Program-made: the position numbers and the translations under genes
Shown: one piece after another, positions 34,634 through 44,060 of the stretch
Position numbering within the stretch: position 1 is the first letter of the stretch
Layout: each line of letters opens with the position of its first letter
Origin: an uncultured virus (IMG/VR IMGVR_UViG_3300025012_000008)
Taxonomy: Duplodnaviria > Heunggongvirae > Uroviricota > Caudoviricetes
Length of the DNA stretch: 64,000 nucleotides
IMG/VR virus record: IMGVR_UViG_3300025012_000008
Direction: 5' to 3' (one strand)
Notes under the pieces: generated by a model
Seen by the model: the letters and a program-made list of their open reading frames with translations, nothing else
Databases searched by the model: none
What the model was told of the DNA's origin: nothing

Positions 34634-35707
34634 ATGAAGAAAGGAATGGATCAAGCCACTTTGGATTTTATCCAGAATGGAGCGGCTCAAGGGCCGGTTG
34701 CTCAAAAGCTGCTTGCGAGCAAAATGAATATTAACGTATTGAAACCGTGGATTGGAGTTAACGGGAAATCATACATTACCATGCATGTTAATGGGGTAGC
34801 AACTGCTATTCCGATCATGAATGCAGCAACACTTCGAAAAGATGAATGGGTACAGTTGGATTCAGCAGTATTGTTTGCTGCTCAACAGCGACTTATTGGC
34901 GTCAAGGATTTGTATGCCAGGAATCTGGTATTCCGGATTGGAAACGGTCTTGGAACTACTGTTCTTGAGTATGAGGATCTGAACGAGTTCACCGCTGCCG
35001 AAATGACGATGGACGCAATTACTCGTACCAAAAAAGACAGGCCTGAATTTGACCTTAAGTATTTACCTCTGCCGATTGTTCACAAGGACTTCTCTTTCAA
35101 CATTCGGACATTGACAGCTTCTCGAAATGGCGGTTCTGCAATTGATACCACCTCTGCCGCTATGGCCTCTCGCGTTGTTTCTGAAAAGGTCGAGGACATG
35201 CTGTTCAACGGTACTTCCAGCTATACCTACGGCGGCGGAACTATCTATGGATACATCGATCATCCGAACAACAACGATGTTACTCTGACCACTGCTTGGG
35301 ACGACGCAGCAATGACCGGGGAATTGATTCTGGATGACGTTCGCGAAATGAAGCAGGCTTCTATCGATGCTATGCATTATGGTTCGTGGGTTCTTTATGT
35401 GCCTACTGCATACGAGACTGTTCTGGACGACGATTTCAAATCCAATTCGGACAAAACTATCCGGGAACGTATTCTCGGAATCAGCGGAATTCAGGATGTA
35501 AAAGTTGCTGACAAACTCCCGGCAAATACCGTTGTACTTGTTGAGATGAATACTGAGACTGTACGAATGGTTGAAGGCCTGGCGATGACTACGGTAGAAT
35601 GGCAGGAAGGTGGCGGATTTACCACCAACTACAAAGTGATGACAATCATGGTCCCGCAGATTCGAGCCGACCAGAATGGGAATTGCGGAATAACGGTATT
35701 GTCATAA
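34634..35707 (+). CDS. major capsid protein (HK97 fold, encapsulin/linocin-like branch)
   Basis: 357 aa; TLRKDEWVQLDSAV, PLPIVHKDFSF..R.L..SR, GYIDHPN; canonical position; strong RBS. Confidence 0.88.
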   Translation: MKKGMDQATLDFIQNGAAQGPVAQKLLASKMNINVLKPWIGVNGKSYITMHVNGVATAIPIMNAATLRKDEWVQLDSAVLFAAQQRLIGVKDLYARNLVFRIGNGLGTTVLEYEDLNEFTAAEMTMDAITRTKKDRPEFDLKYLPLPIVHKDFSFNIRTLTASRNGGSAIDTTSAAMASRVVSEKVEDMLFNGTSSYTYGGGTIYGYIDHPNNNDVTLTTAWDDAAMTGELILDDVREMKQASIDAMHYGSWVLYVPTAYETVLDDDFKSNSDKTIRERILGISGIQDVKVADKLPANTVVLVEMNTETVRMVEGLAMTTVEWQEGGGFTTNYKVMTIMVPQIRADQNGNCGITVLS

Positions 35708-35734
35708 GCACCTGCCGAAATCAATAATATAACA

Positions 35735-35767
35735 AAGAATGGCAGGTGCGAGTTCTGCCATTCTTTT
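35735..35767 (+). terminator. intrinsic terminator after MCP, overlapping a competing hairpin
   Basis: AAGAATGGCAG-N9-CTGCCATTCTT followed by TT. Confidence 0.7.
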
Positions 35768-35788
35768 CCTAACCAAGAGGTGTTTTAA

Positions 35789-36262
35789 ATGAGTGAAGTC
35801 TGCAAATTTAGAAAAAAGTTGAATTCCGGAAGACATGTTTTCCATTATGATAATAAACGATTCTCAGTTGTTCCTGGCCAAATCGTTGTATGTACTGAAG
35901 AAGCACTTGGAAAGAATCTCAGTACATACGACAGGCTTGGGAATATTTCAGAAACAAAAGAGAAGACTGAAAAGATAATTGGAAATAAACTTCAACTTGT
36001 TCCTCGGGAAGGTGGATATTACGATGTTGTCAATCCTGATAATCCCGAGAAACCTTTGAACGGGAAAGCATTGAGAAAGTCGGCAGCAAATAAACTGCTT
36101 GCTGAATTGTCTTCTTCTGATATTGAAATTGATCCAGCTCTTGAAAGCCTTGAATGGGATTCTTTAATCGAGATTGTTGGGAAAGAAGGAATATCTCTTC
36201 CGGCCAAATGTGAAACGGCAGAAGAATTGAAAGAAGTAATCACGAAAGCAAGAAAAAAGTAA
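35789..36262 (+). CDS. hypothetical protein (post-MCP accessory)
   Basis: GAGG RBS; 157 aa; short helical C-terminal module. Confidence 0.65.
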   Translation: MSEVCKFRKKLNSGRHVFHYDNKRFSVVPGQIVVCTEEALGKNLSTYDRLGNISETKEKTEKIIGNKLQLVPREGGYYDVVNPDNPEKPLNGKALRKSAANKLLAELSSSDIEIDPALESLEWDSLIEIVGKEGISLPAKCETAEELKEVITKARKK

Positions 36263-36924
36263 TGGACACAAGCCTGTGGGAAATACCGGAACTTTGGCCA
36301 GACTCTACCGTGTTTATTCTCGGTGGTGGCCCAAGTTTGAATCAACTGGATTTGACCCTGATTCACGACAAGCGGGTGATAGGGGTCAATCAGGCTTTCA
36401 AATTAGGAACATGGGTGGACGTTTGCTGGTTTGGTGATAGAACTTGGTATGATGACAAGGCCGGTAAAGAAATATATCGATATGGTGGATTGATTGTTAC
36501 TTGTTCTAATCCGGGTGCAAGAGGAAGAAGCAAGCGGGTAAAGTATGTTGGCAGAAGTAATAAGGGAATGGATGGAATCGAATCAAAAAGTAGACAACAC
36601 GTATGTTGGAATAGCAATTCAGGAGCATCGGCTATCAACTTAGCTTATTGGTTAGGGGCAAAAACTGTTGTGTTGCTTGGATTCGATATGCAGATCCCGA
36701 ATGATTTAAAAGATCATAAAGACCATTGGCATAATGACTATGAAGCAAAAATTGATAAGAGAACCGGAAAACTTTACGACCCCTATAAACGATTTATGAA
36801 ATATTGGCCGAAAGTAGCAAAAGATGCAAAGAATCTTGGCTTGAGGATAATTAATGCTACCCCAGGTGGATCTTTAAATTGTTTCGAAAGAATGTCATTA
36901 GAAGAAATATGCAAAACACTTTGA
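36262..36924 (+). CDS. DUF115/Maf-like protein (GT42/GT29 sialyltransferase-like Rossmann fold)
   Basis: VFILGGGPSL, VIGVN, NSGASAINLAYWLGAKTVVLLGFDM, IINAT. Confidence 0.75.
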   Translation: MDTSLWEIPELWPDSTVFILGGGPSLNQLDLTLIHDKRVIGVNQAFKLGTWVDVCWFGDRTWYDDKAGKEIYRYGGLIVTCSNPGARGRSKRVKYVGRSNKGMDGIESKSRQHVCWNSNSGASAINLAYWLGAKTVVLLGFDMQIPNDLKDHKDHWHNDYEAKIDKRTGKLYDPYKRFMKYWPKVAKDAKNLGLRIINATPGGSLNCFERMSLEEICKTL

Positions 36925-36987
36925 TTGATATAGTGGTTTTCTTTATTGTAGTTGGACTGATAACAATTTTCTTTGGGACAATATAAT

Positions 36988-37710
36988 ATGCTTTCTCTCA
37001 TTTATTCATATTATGAAAATCCCGGAATGTATCGGCGACAAGTTGAGGAATGGAATCAATATCCTGATAAAATAAAGAAACTCATTTCGATATATATAAC
37101 CGATGATTGTTCTGTTAATTTTCCGTTGAGAGATATTAAAGAAAGTCCTGAAGGAATAGAAATATATAAATTTGAGATAACAGAAAAAGCAAATTGGAAT
37201 TGGTTGGCTTGTAGAAATATTGGCTCATATTATTCTGATAAAAAATGGTTGCTTTTAACTGATATTGACCATTTGGTGTCTGTAGAAAATATTGAAAAGT
37301 TGATGAGGACAATTTCTAAAAACAGATTAAATGATAATTTTGTTTATTTGTTTGAACGTATTGATGCTCCTTTTAACATTCCGTACAAACCGCATAACGA
37401 TTCTTTTATGATGACAAAAAGCCTATATTGGAAGATCGGTGGATATGACGAAGAACTTTCAGGCAATTATGGAACAAGCGGAAGATATCGTGCAAGAGCG
37501 TTTGATATAGCAGAAGGAAACAAAAGATTTCAAATATCCCTTATCAGATACCCCAGGGAAGTAATAGCAGATGCAAGCACTACAGGAATGATTAGGAAGG
37601 GCAAAGGACGAGATCCATTAGCATTGAAAAGGATTGAAGACAGAAAGAAAGCAGAGGGAAGAGAAAACGAGATTAAAACATTATCATTTCCGTACCAGGA
37701 GATAAAATGA
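36988..37710 (+). CDS. GT-A fold glycosyltransferase (GT2/GT7-like); start re-called at ATG 36988
   Basis: SLIYSYY, ITDDCS, ACRNIG, LTDIDH (DxD), WKIGGYDE..GNYG. Confidence 0.82.
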   Translation: MLSLIYSYYENPGMYRRQVEEWNQYPDKIKKLISIYITDDCSVNFPLRDIKESPEGIEIYKFEITEKANWNWLACRNIGSYYSDKKWLLLTDIDHLVSVENIEKLMRTISKNRLNDNFVYLFERIDAPFNIPYKPHNDSFMMTKSLYWKIGGYDEELSGNYGTSGRYRARAFDIAEGNKRFQISLIRYPREVIADASTTGMIRKGKGRDPLALKRIEDRKKAEGRENEIKTLSFPYQEIK

Positions 37711-39035
37711 AACCAGTAGTCAGAATTAAATTTAGTAACGGGGCAGGCAATAATATATTCCAGTATGTTTATGCCAGAATGTTGACAGAATCTATCGGAG
37801 GGGTATTGAGCCATCCCGCTCTACCCGTTTTGGGAATTAAAGAACATATTGTCAAATTCAATTCTGAATATCCTGTTATTGAAATAAATGGAAGTTCGAA
37901 AAATCCGGTAAATTATCATCAAATATTGAAAAGCAAAAAGCAGGTGAATTATGATCTCAGAATTTATCCGGAAGACTTCACATTGTATACCCCGATATTG
38001 GAAGAAATTCGTTCATGGTTTCCAATCGTTGAAAGAACTAACGATCTTGATCTTGTTTTACATTTGCGCCTTGGGGATCGTCTTGTTATGTCGTCTACTT
38101 ACAAAGAGGAAAATTTTGTAAGTATCCAAGATTTCATGGAAGCAATTAATACATTCGATTTCAGGAAACTTCATATTGTTACTGATATGCCGGTTTGGAG
38201 GCCGATATTTGCCGGGGATGTAGACAGTTTTGTATTTCATCGAGGGGTGAAACCGGAAAGCAGAATTGATTCACAAACTGCAGCGAGTTATTACAATACT
38301 CTTTATGATGGTCTTATGTCTTATGATCCGATTGTTCGAGTTGGAAATTCTGTTCAATCTGATTTCGAATATATGAGAGGATTCAGCAAAATAATGTTTC
38401 AGCATGGAACATTGGGGTGGTGGGCTGCTGCTTTGAGTTATGCTTCTGAGGTTGCTCTTCTTGGCCGATGGCGGGGATCAAAGAATATCAATCTTGGTTG
38501 GACAGATATTCTCGGGTGGAGGCAATGGGGAAGATTGACAGCTCCATCCCATGAATTGAAAGACAGACATTTGGCTCAACTGGCAAAGCAACATGGATTA
38601 AGGACGTTTGTAGAGACTGGAACAAGAGGAGGAGCAGCATTGGAAGCTCTTTCCGGACAGTTTGATAAAATGTATTCCGTCGAGCTTATTGAGAGTGCCT
38701 ACAATAAGGTAAAAACAAAACTCAGAAATCATAAGCACATCAAACTTTATTGTGGGGATAGTGCAAAAGTATTGCCTGAAATAATGAAAGAGATAAAGGA
38801 ACCCGCATTGTTTTGGCTGGATGCTCATGATGGCCGAAAACACACTCCAATATTGGATGAGTTGAAAAGTATTCTCCCAACAAAACTTCATCATATAATC
38901 GCTATTGATGATTTGAGATATTTTGGAACTGAGAAAGCATATCCGACTGTTAACGAGATTACTGATTTGGTAAAACAATTACAGCCATCAGCATATATCA
39001 GCACTAAGTTTGATTCGATAAGGATAATGTTATGA
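37707..39035 (+). CDS. GT11-like (alpha-1,2-fucosyltransferase-type) glycosyltransferase fused to a class I SAM methyltransferase
   Basis: N-terminal NGAGNNIFQY, LHLRLGD, IVTD, TLGWWAAAL; C-terminal FVETGTRGG, SVEL, GDSAKVLP, FWLDAH, IAIDD. Confidence 0.8.
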   Translation: MKPVVRIKFSNGAGNNIFQYVYARMLTESIGGVLSHPALPVLGIKEHIVKFNSEYPVIEINGSSKNPVNYHQILKSKKQVNYDLRIYPEDFTLYTPILEEIRSWFPIVERTNDLDLVLHLRLGDRLVMSSTYKEENFVSIQDFMEAINTFDFRKLHIVTDMPVWRPIFAGDVDSFVFHRGVKPESRIDSQTAASYYNTLYDGLMSYDPIVRVGNSVQSDFEYMRGFSKIMFQHGTLGWWAAALSYASEVALLGRWRGSKNINLGWTDILGWRQWGRLTAPSHELKDRHLAQLAKQHGLRTFVETGTRGGAALEALSGQFDKMYSVELIESAYNKVKTKLRNHKHIKLYCGDSAKVLPEIMKEIKEPALFWLDAHDGRKHTPILDELKSILPTKLHHIIAIDDLRYFGTEKAYPTVNEITDLVKQLQPSAYISTKFDSIRIML

Positions 39036-39307
39036 GTCATAAAAAATACGCTTTATTTGACCAAAAAACCGGACACGTTACTGGAATAAAAGAGACGTAT
39101 CTTGAAGAAGGACACCCCCCCACTATTTGCGGGGAACATATTATTTTGGCAAATTTGATTGTTGAATTGGTTGAAGATCCTATTGCCAGGAAACGACTAC
39201 TTGAAAAAGTCGATATTGTTTATGATATGGGAAAACGAATGGGGGCAAAACTTGTTGAATATCATAATGCTTCTGGAAAAGGTGGTGGTTGGCGTGAAGG
39301 ATATTGA
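39032..39307 (+). CDS. hypothetical protein (paralog A)
   Basis: ATGA coupling; ICGEHIILANLI...KRMGAKLVEY. Confidence 0.65.
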   Translation: MSHKKYALFDQKTGHVTGIKETYLEEGHPPTICGEHIILANLIVELVEDPIARKRLLEKVDIVYDMGKRMGAKLVEYHNASGKGGGWREGY

Positions 39308-39575
39308 TACAATACTTGATCCATATAAGGTAAGCATATTTGATACAGATGGAAAACTTCTTCCTGTTCTCCCAAAGTTTCTTTTACCGAATTTGAGAAA
39401 CAAAATTTGTGTCCAGAACATTATACTTGCCAATTTTATAAATGATCATCCGGCAATGGAACAAGAGATGAAGCAGAAAATCCTGGAACACTTGGATGGA
39501 ATATACAAGAGCAGTAAGCGAATGCATTTGAAGTTGGTTGAATACAAAAATCAAATGAAAGAGGAAGGAAAATGA
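39294..39575 (+). CDS. hypothetical protein (paralog B); start probably GTG 39294
   Basis: ICVQNIILANFI...KRMHLKLVEY resembles the preceding ORF. Confidence 0.6.
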   Translation: MKDIDTILDPYKVSIFDTDGKLLPVLPKFLLPNLRNKICVQNIILANFINDHPAMEQEMKQKILEHLDGIYKSSKRMHLKLVEYKNQMKEEGK

Positions 39576-40177
39576 TTCAATACAAAAAGTTTGCTGATTA
39601 TGACGCTTATGTAAAAAAACAAGGAGGCAAAATCTCTTTCAGTTTAGATAAAATTAAAGAAAAGAATAGTAGTAGACGGATTAAGTTCGAATCGATTTTT
39701 AAGAAAGTAAAGAACGACTTTTTGAAGGGAAATATACTCTGTCTAGGAGCGCGTACAGGTTGTGAGGTAGTAGCGGCAAGAAATTTAGGTTATAAAAACT
39801 CATTAGGATTGGATTTATATCCTGTTGGTGATTTGGTAGTTGAAGGCGATTGGCATAAGATGTTATTCGGCCCCGATAGATTTGATAATGCTTTCTGCAA
39901 TTCTCTTGATCATTGTTTTGATCTTCCTGTATTAGTTCAGGAGTTGAAAAATGTTCTTAAACCGAATGGAATTTTTTACTTTATGGTTATGAAAAAAATG
40001 GCCCTTTGTACTGTTGAGGGAAGTATTCCTGATCGGATGGCATCAAGGGCATATGATTCAATGTTTTGGGATACTGAGCAGGATATAATTGATGAGTTCC
40101 TTTCTTACGGTTTTGAATTGAAGAAAACATGGACCGACACCAAATGGTTTAATTGTATACTCCGGAATATCAAATGA
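39572..40177 (+). CDS. class I SAM-dependent methyltransferase
   Basis: ILCLGARTGCE, GLDL, GDWH, FDNAFCNSLDH, VLKPNG. Confidence 0.85.
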   Translation: MIQYKKFADYDAYVKKQGGKISFSLDKIKEKNSSRRIKFESIFKKVKNDFLKGNILCLGARTGCEVVAARNLGYKNSLGLDLYPVGDLVVEGDWHKMLFGPDRFDNAFCNSLDHCFDLPVLVQELKNVLKPNGIFYFMVMKKMALCTVEGSIPDRMASRAYDSMFWDTEQDIIDEFLSYGFELKKTWTDTKWFNCILRNIK

Positions 40178-41715
40178 TAAATATTGTCTGCTGGAAATGG
40201 AATCCTATTGAAGGAGTTCCCAATACAAAAAAGAATCAGAAATATGATTCCAGGCATGTAAATGCTTTGTATGAGATGCTTGTTCGCAATGTAACAATCC
40301 CTTTCCGGTTAATTTGTGTTACTGATGATTCAAAAGGAATCATCCCTGAAGTTGATATTATTCCGTTATGGAATGAGTTTAGAGATAAGGGCGGTTGTTT
40401 CGTTCGACTTGTTTGTTTTAAGAAAGATTTCAAATTATTTGGGGAAAGATTTTGGTCAATTGACCTGGATTGTTTGATTGTCGGGAATATTGATCATATA
40501 TTGACTCGACAGGAAGATTTCTTGATTTGGGCTCCAGAAAGATCGAGGATTAGCAAACGAATTACCCCTTATTGTGGAAGTATGTTTATGTTAAAGGCTG
40601 GAAGTCATCCTGAAGTTTATGATTATTTTCGACCGAGTTCTTTTAATGTAAATAGACACAACCAATATTTAGGTGGAACTGATCAGAAGCAAATTTCAAA
40701 AATGATTCAAAACGGAAAGACAATAGGGCAAGCAGAAGGGGTATACAATTTCATCCCTGACATTTCTATTCGTGATAAAGTTCCTGAAAATGCTTGTATC
40801 TTGTTTTTTAATGGAAAGTTTCTTCCTGACAGTATTGGATTATTGAGGGAATTTCCATGGATTGGAGAACATTATCCAGCAGCAGGAACAGGGGTCAATA
40901 GATATAAAAGGCATACCGAAGAAGATTTACTCAGAAGAGAAAGAGTTGCTGCAAACAGACAATTAAAGAAAGAAGGGATTAAGACACAAAAAGAATTGAA
41001 GCCAATAGATCCAAATCCATTAATTAATTTTATTATCTATTGGTGGGGGAATTGGCCGAATGGAAATTCCCAACTTGGAATTAATTATATAAACAAATTA
41101 GCAAAAGGAATTCAAAATAATATTCCGGTTGATTTGAGATACAAGATAGTTTTATTTACCGACGATGAAAACATTCAAATTGAAAATGTTGAAACAAGAA
41201 AATTGGATGTTCCGGTTGATTTGAAGTGGAATCTCAAAAAGATGTTTATGTATTCAAAACAAGCAAATTTGGAAGGATATTCCATTTGTTTTGATTTGGA
41301 TACAGTAATTACCGGAAGTTTAGAACCATTGATAAAAGCGACAATCGAAAACAAGAAACATATTATTACATGCCAAGCGGCTTATAAACCAAAATGTATC
41401 GGTGGGAGTATTGTTGGATTTAAATCATGTGACAATCTTGAAAAACTTTTGTGGAATCCTATTCTGAAAAACAGAGATTTAATCGAGAGAAGAACAAAAG
41501 GTTCAGAGAGATTTTATTTCCAAATGGTATTGGGAATAAGGAAAGTTTCTTTCTGGGAAAATGTTATTCCAGGAAAAGTATTGTCATATAAACGAGACTG
41601 TAAAAATGGACTTCCTGTTGATTCTGCTATTGTTAGGTTTCATGGAAATCCTCGTCCTCATGAAGTAAGAGACGGATGGGTAAAAAGATATTGGATAGGT
41701 AAAAATGATGATTGA
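40174..41715 (+). CDS. tandem two-domain GT-A glycosyltransferase (GT8-like); start re-called at ATG 40174
   Basis: Both halves carry the same motif series: CWKW/YWWG, CVTDD/LFTDD, IDLDCLIVG/FDLDTVITG (DxD), FFNGK/RFHGNPRP. Confidence 0.8.
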   Translation: MINIVCWKWNPIEGVPNTKKNQKYDSRHVNALYEMLVRNVTIPFRLICVTDDSKGIIPEVDIIPLWNEFRDKGGCFVRLVCFKKDFKLFGERFWSIDLDCLIVGNIDHILTRQEDFLIWAPERSRISKRITPYCGSMFMLKAGSHPEVYDYFRPSSFNVNRHNQYLGGTDQKQISKMIQNGKTIGQAEGVYNFIPDISIRDKVPENACILFFNGKFLPDSIGLLREFPWIGEHYPAAGTGVNRYKRHTEEDLLRRERVAANRQLKKEGIKTQKELKPIDPNPLINFIIYWWGNWPNGNSQLGINYINKLAKGIQNNIPVDLRYKIVLFTDDENIQIENVETRKLDVPVDLKWNLKKMFMYSKQANLEGYSICFDLDTVITGSLEPLIKATIENKKHIITCQAAYKPKCIGGSIVGFKSCDNLEKLLWNPILKNRDLIERRTKGSERFYFQMVLGIRKVSFWENVIPGKVLSYKRDCKNGLPVDSAIVRFHGNPRPHEVRDGWVKRYWIGKNDD

Positions 41716-42379
41716 TCCGATTATTATAACAGGTGCTGCTCGTTCTGGAACTTCAATGACTGCTGGTTTGATTAATATCTGTGGTGCATTTGGTGGAGAT
41801 ATGTTTGGGCCGAATGAGTTTAACCAGAAGGGTATGTTTGAGAATCGGGAAATTAGGCAGGATATCGTAAAACCATATTTAAAAAAGATTGGTGTTGATC
41901 CATTAGGGCAAAGGCCCTTACCTAATAACAGACAAATATTTGAAGTATCTCCGAGACAAATTGAAGTTTGGAAAAAGTTGATTACTGAATCGATGATAAA
42001 ACAAGGGTATAAAGACGGTCCATGGTTTTATAAAGGGGCAAAATGTTGCCTTGTTTGGTATCTTTGGCACATGGCTTTTCCTGCTGCAAAATGGATCGTT
42101 GTTCGAAGAAACGATAGGGATATTGCAAAGAGTTGTTTGAAAACTCGATTTATGAGGGCTTATAAAGATGAACAAGGTTGGATGGATTGGGTTCAAGAAC
42201 ATAAAAAGAGATTCAACGAAATGAAAATTGTTGGGTTGAATATATTTGAGTTTTGGCCATCAACAGCAATAAAAGGGGATTTCTCTTCTGCAAAAGAAAT
42301 GATTGAATGGCTTGAATTGAATTGGCAGGACAAACTTTGCAGGGCTTTTGTCGATCCTAAACTATATAGCAAATTTTGA
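41705..42379 (+). CDS. PAPS-dependent sulfotransferase family protein
   Basis: PIIITGAARSGTS (5'-PSB loop), NQKGMFEN, VVRRNDRDIAKS (3'-PB). Confidence 0.82.
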   Translation: MMIDPIIITGAARSGTSMTAGLINICGAFGGDMFGPNEFNQKGMFENREIRQDIVKPYLKKIGVDPLGQRPLPNNRQIFEVSPRQIEVWKKLITESMIKQGYKDGPWFYKGAKCCLVWYLWHMAFPAAKWIVVRRNDRDIAKSCLKTRFMRAYKDEQGWMDWVQEHKKRFNEMKIVGLNIFEFWPSTAIKGDFSSAKEMIEWLELNWQDKLCRAFVDPKLYSKF

Positions 42380-42393
42380 TTGGAGAATAGGTA

Positions 42394-42768
42394 ATGGCAA
42401 ATAGAGTTACAGACGATGAGGTATTTGAGATAATCGAAACCTCATTAACCGATATAGATGTTTTTATCAATACTGCAAATTTGATGGTAACAGGATATCT
42501 TACGGGAAAGGGCTTGTCTGACGCTACAATGAAAGAAATTGAAAAGTATATCTCAGCACACATTTTATCTTTACGTGATCCTAGGACGAAATCCGTAGGC
42601 GTGGATGTCTTGTCCGAATCATATCAAGGGCAGTGGGGATTAGGATTGAACGGAACTTCTTATGGACAGACTGCAATACTACTTGATACCAGCGGAACCT
42701 TAGCAATGTTGGCAAAAAATGGTGGAGCACAGGCATCATCCATGAATGTTATCGGGTGGCATGAATGA
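42394..42768 (+). CDS. head-tail adaptor/connector protein
   Basis: IEKYISAHI, GLNGTSYGQTAILLDTSG; position. Confidence 0.7.
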   Translation: MANRVTDDEVFEIIETSLTDIDVFINTANLMVTGYLTGKGLSDATMKEIEKYISAHILSLRDPRTKSVGVDVLSESYQGQWGLGLNGTSYGQTAILLDTSGTLAMLAKNGGAQASSMNVIGWHE

Positions 42769-43124
42769 ACCTCCAAAAGTATTTGAATCAGACAGCGGTT
42801 TATTGGGCAAATCCTGTTTCTGATGGATTGGGCGGATATACTTATGATGACCCCGTAGAGGTAAAAGTCCGATGGTCAGATAAACAAGAAAAGTTCCTTT
42901 CTTCCGAATCAACTACACAGGAAGGGGTAGAAGAATTACTTTCAAAATCATTTATTTTAGCCGAATCTGATTTTGATGTTAACGGGAGAATGTTTCTTGG
43001 TTATTTAATTGATTTAGAAAGTGATAATCTTCCAGGATCAGTAAATGCTTTAACAATTAAACTATTTGAAAAAATACCAAACATAGGGGCAACTCAGTTT
43101 TTAAGAAAAGTGTATTTGATATGA
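42765..43124 (+). CDS. head closure (stopper) protein
   Basis: QTAVYW..DGLGGYTYDDPVEVKVRW; position. Confidence 0.65.
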   Translation: MNLQKYLNQTAVYWANPVSDGLGGYTYDDPVEVKVRWSDKQEKFLSSESTTQEGVEELLSKSFILAESDFDVNGRMFLGYLIDLESDNLPGSVNALTIKLFEKIPNIGATQFLRKVYLI

Positions 43125-43633
43125 ACGAATTACAGGGATTGAATGAAGTTCTCCGACGATTGAATAAAACGATTGACGATATTGAACTCCATACGAAAGA
43201 AGGATTAACAGAAGCTGCATTGGTTGTTAAAGCCGATTCAGTTCGAAAAACTCCAATTGATTATGGAAATTTAAGATCAAGTGCCTTTATAATGGTAACT
43301 GATAAACCGGCCGATAACACAAGTCCATCTTTTAAGGGACCGGAAGCAGGACAAGCACAGGCTGATCATTCAAGAGGACTTTCAGAAGGAAGGGGAATTG
43401 TAAACAAAGGGAAACATATTTACAATGCGATTGTGGGGTATACTGCTAATTACGCTTTTTGGGTTCATGAAATGCCGATGATTCACCCTGGAGAACCACG
43501 GCCATCAAGGGGAGGAAATAAAAAACGGGGTGTGTTTTGGCAAGGTGGTGAGAATCAATTCCTTCTGAAGTCACTTTTGAAAAATAAAGGTAGAATACTT
43601 GGAATTCTTATTAAATGGGCGCGATTGAAATGA
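43121..43633 (+). CDS. neck/tail-completion protein (HK97 gp10-like)
   Basis: TPIDYGNLRSS, VGYTANYAFWVHE. Confidence 0.75.
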   Translation: MNELQGLNEVLRRLNKTIDDIELHTKEGLTEAALVVKADSVRKTPIDYGNLRSSAFIMVTDKPADNTSPSFKGPEAGQAQADHSRGLSEGRGIVNKGKHIYNAIVGYTANYAFWVHEMPMIHPGEPRPSRGGNKKRGVFWQGGENQFLLKSLLKNKGRILGILIKWARLK

Positions 43634-44037
43634 ATCCAGCATCAATTGATTTTAAAGATTATTTATTAACCTATTCAGCATTATCATCTGCTGAAATTGA
43701 TTTTGTATTAGGAACAAATCTATTTGTTGGGCTTCTTCCGGATATGTCTTCAGGTATTTGTACCTGCTTATTTGAGTCTGCTGGAATTACTCCTGAACCA
43801 AACGATATACGTCAACCTTCCGTTCAAATTTTAACAAGGGGAATTGCCGGTGGATATATAAACGCTTATTCTGAGATAGAAACAATATGCAATCTTTTTC
43901 ATGAATTGACAAACGAAACAATCAACAGTACGCGATATATCCAGATCAGGAAAATAGGCGATATAGCGCACGTAGGGAATGACGGAAAAGGGAGGCCAAT
44001 ATTCAGCTGTACGTTAAGCGCGATGCGCACAGAATAA
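43630..44037 (+). CDS. tail terminator-like protein; start re-called at ATG 43630
   Basis: NLFVGLLPD, PSVQILTRG, GNDGKGRPIFS. Confidence 0.7.
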   Translation: MNPASIDFKDYLLTYSALSSAEIDFVLGTNLFVGLLPDMSSGICTCLFESAGITPEPNDIRQPSVQILTRGIAGGYINAYSEIETICNLFHELTNETINSTRYIQIRKIGDIAHVGNDGKGRPIFSCTLSAMRTE

Positions 44038-44060
44038 CATCCTAATAAAGGAGAATTGAA

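Noticed and set aside
34634..35707. Cellular encapsulin nanocompartment
   Set aside because: Context with terminase, portal, protease and tail genes shows it is the phage major capsid protein.
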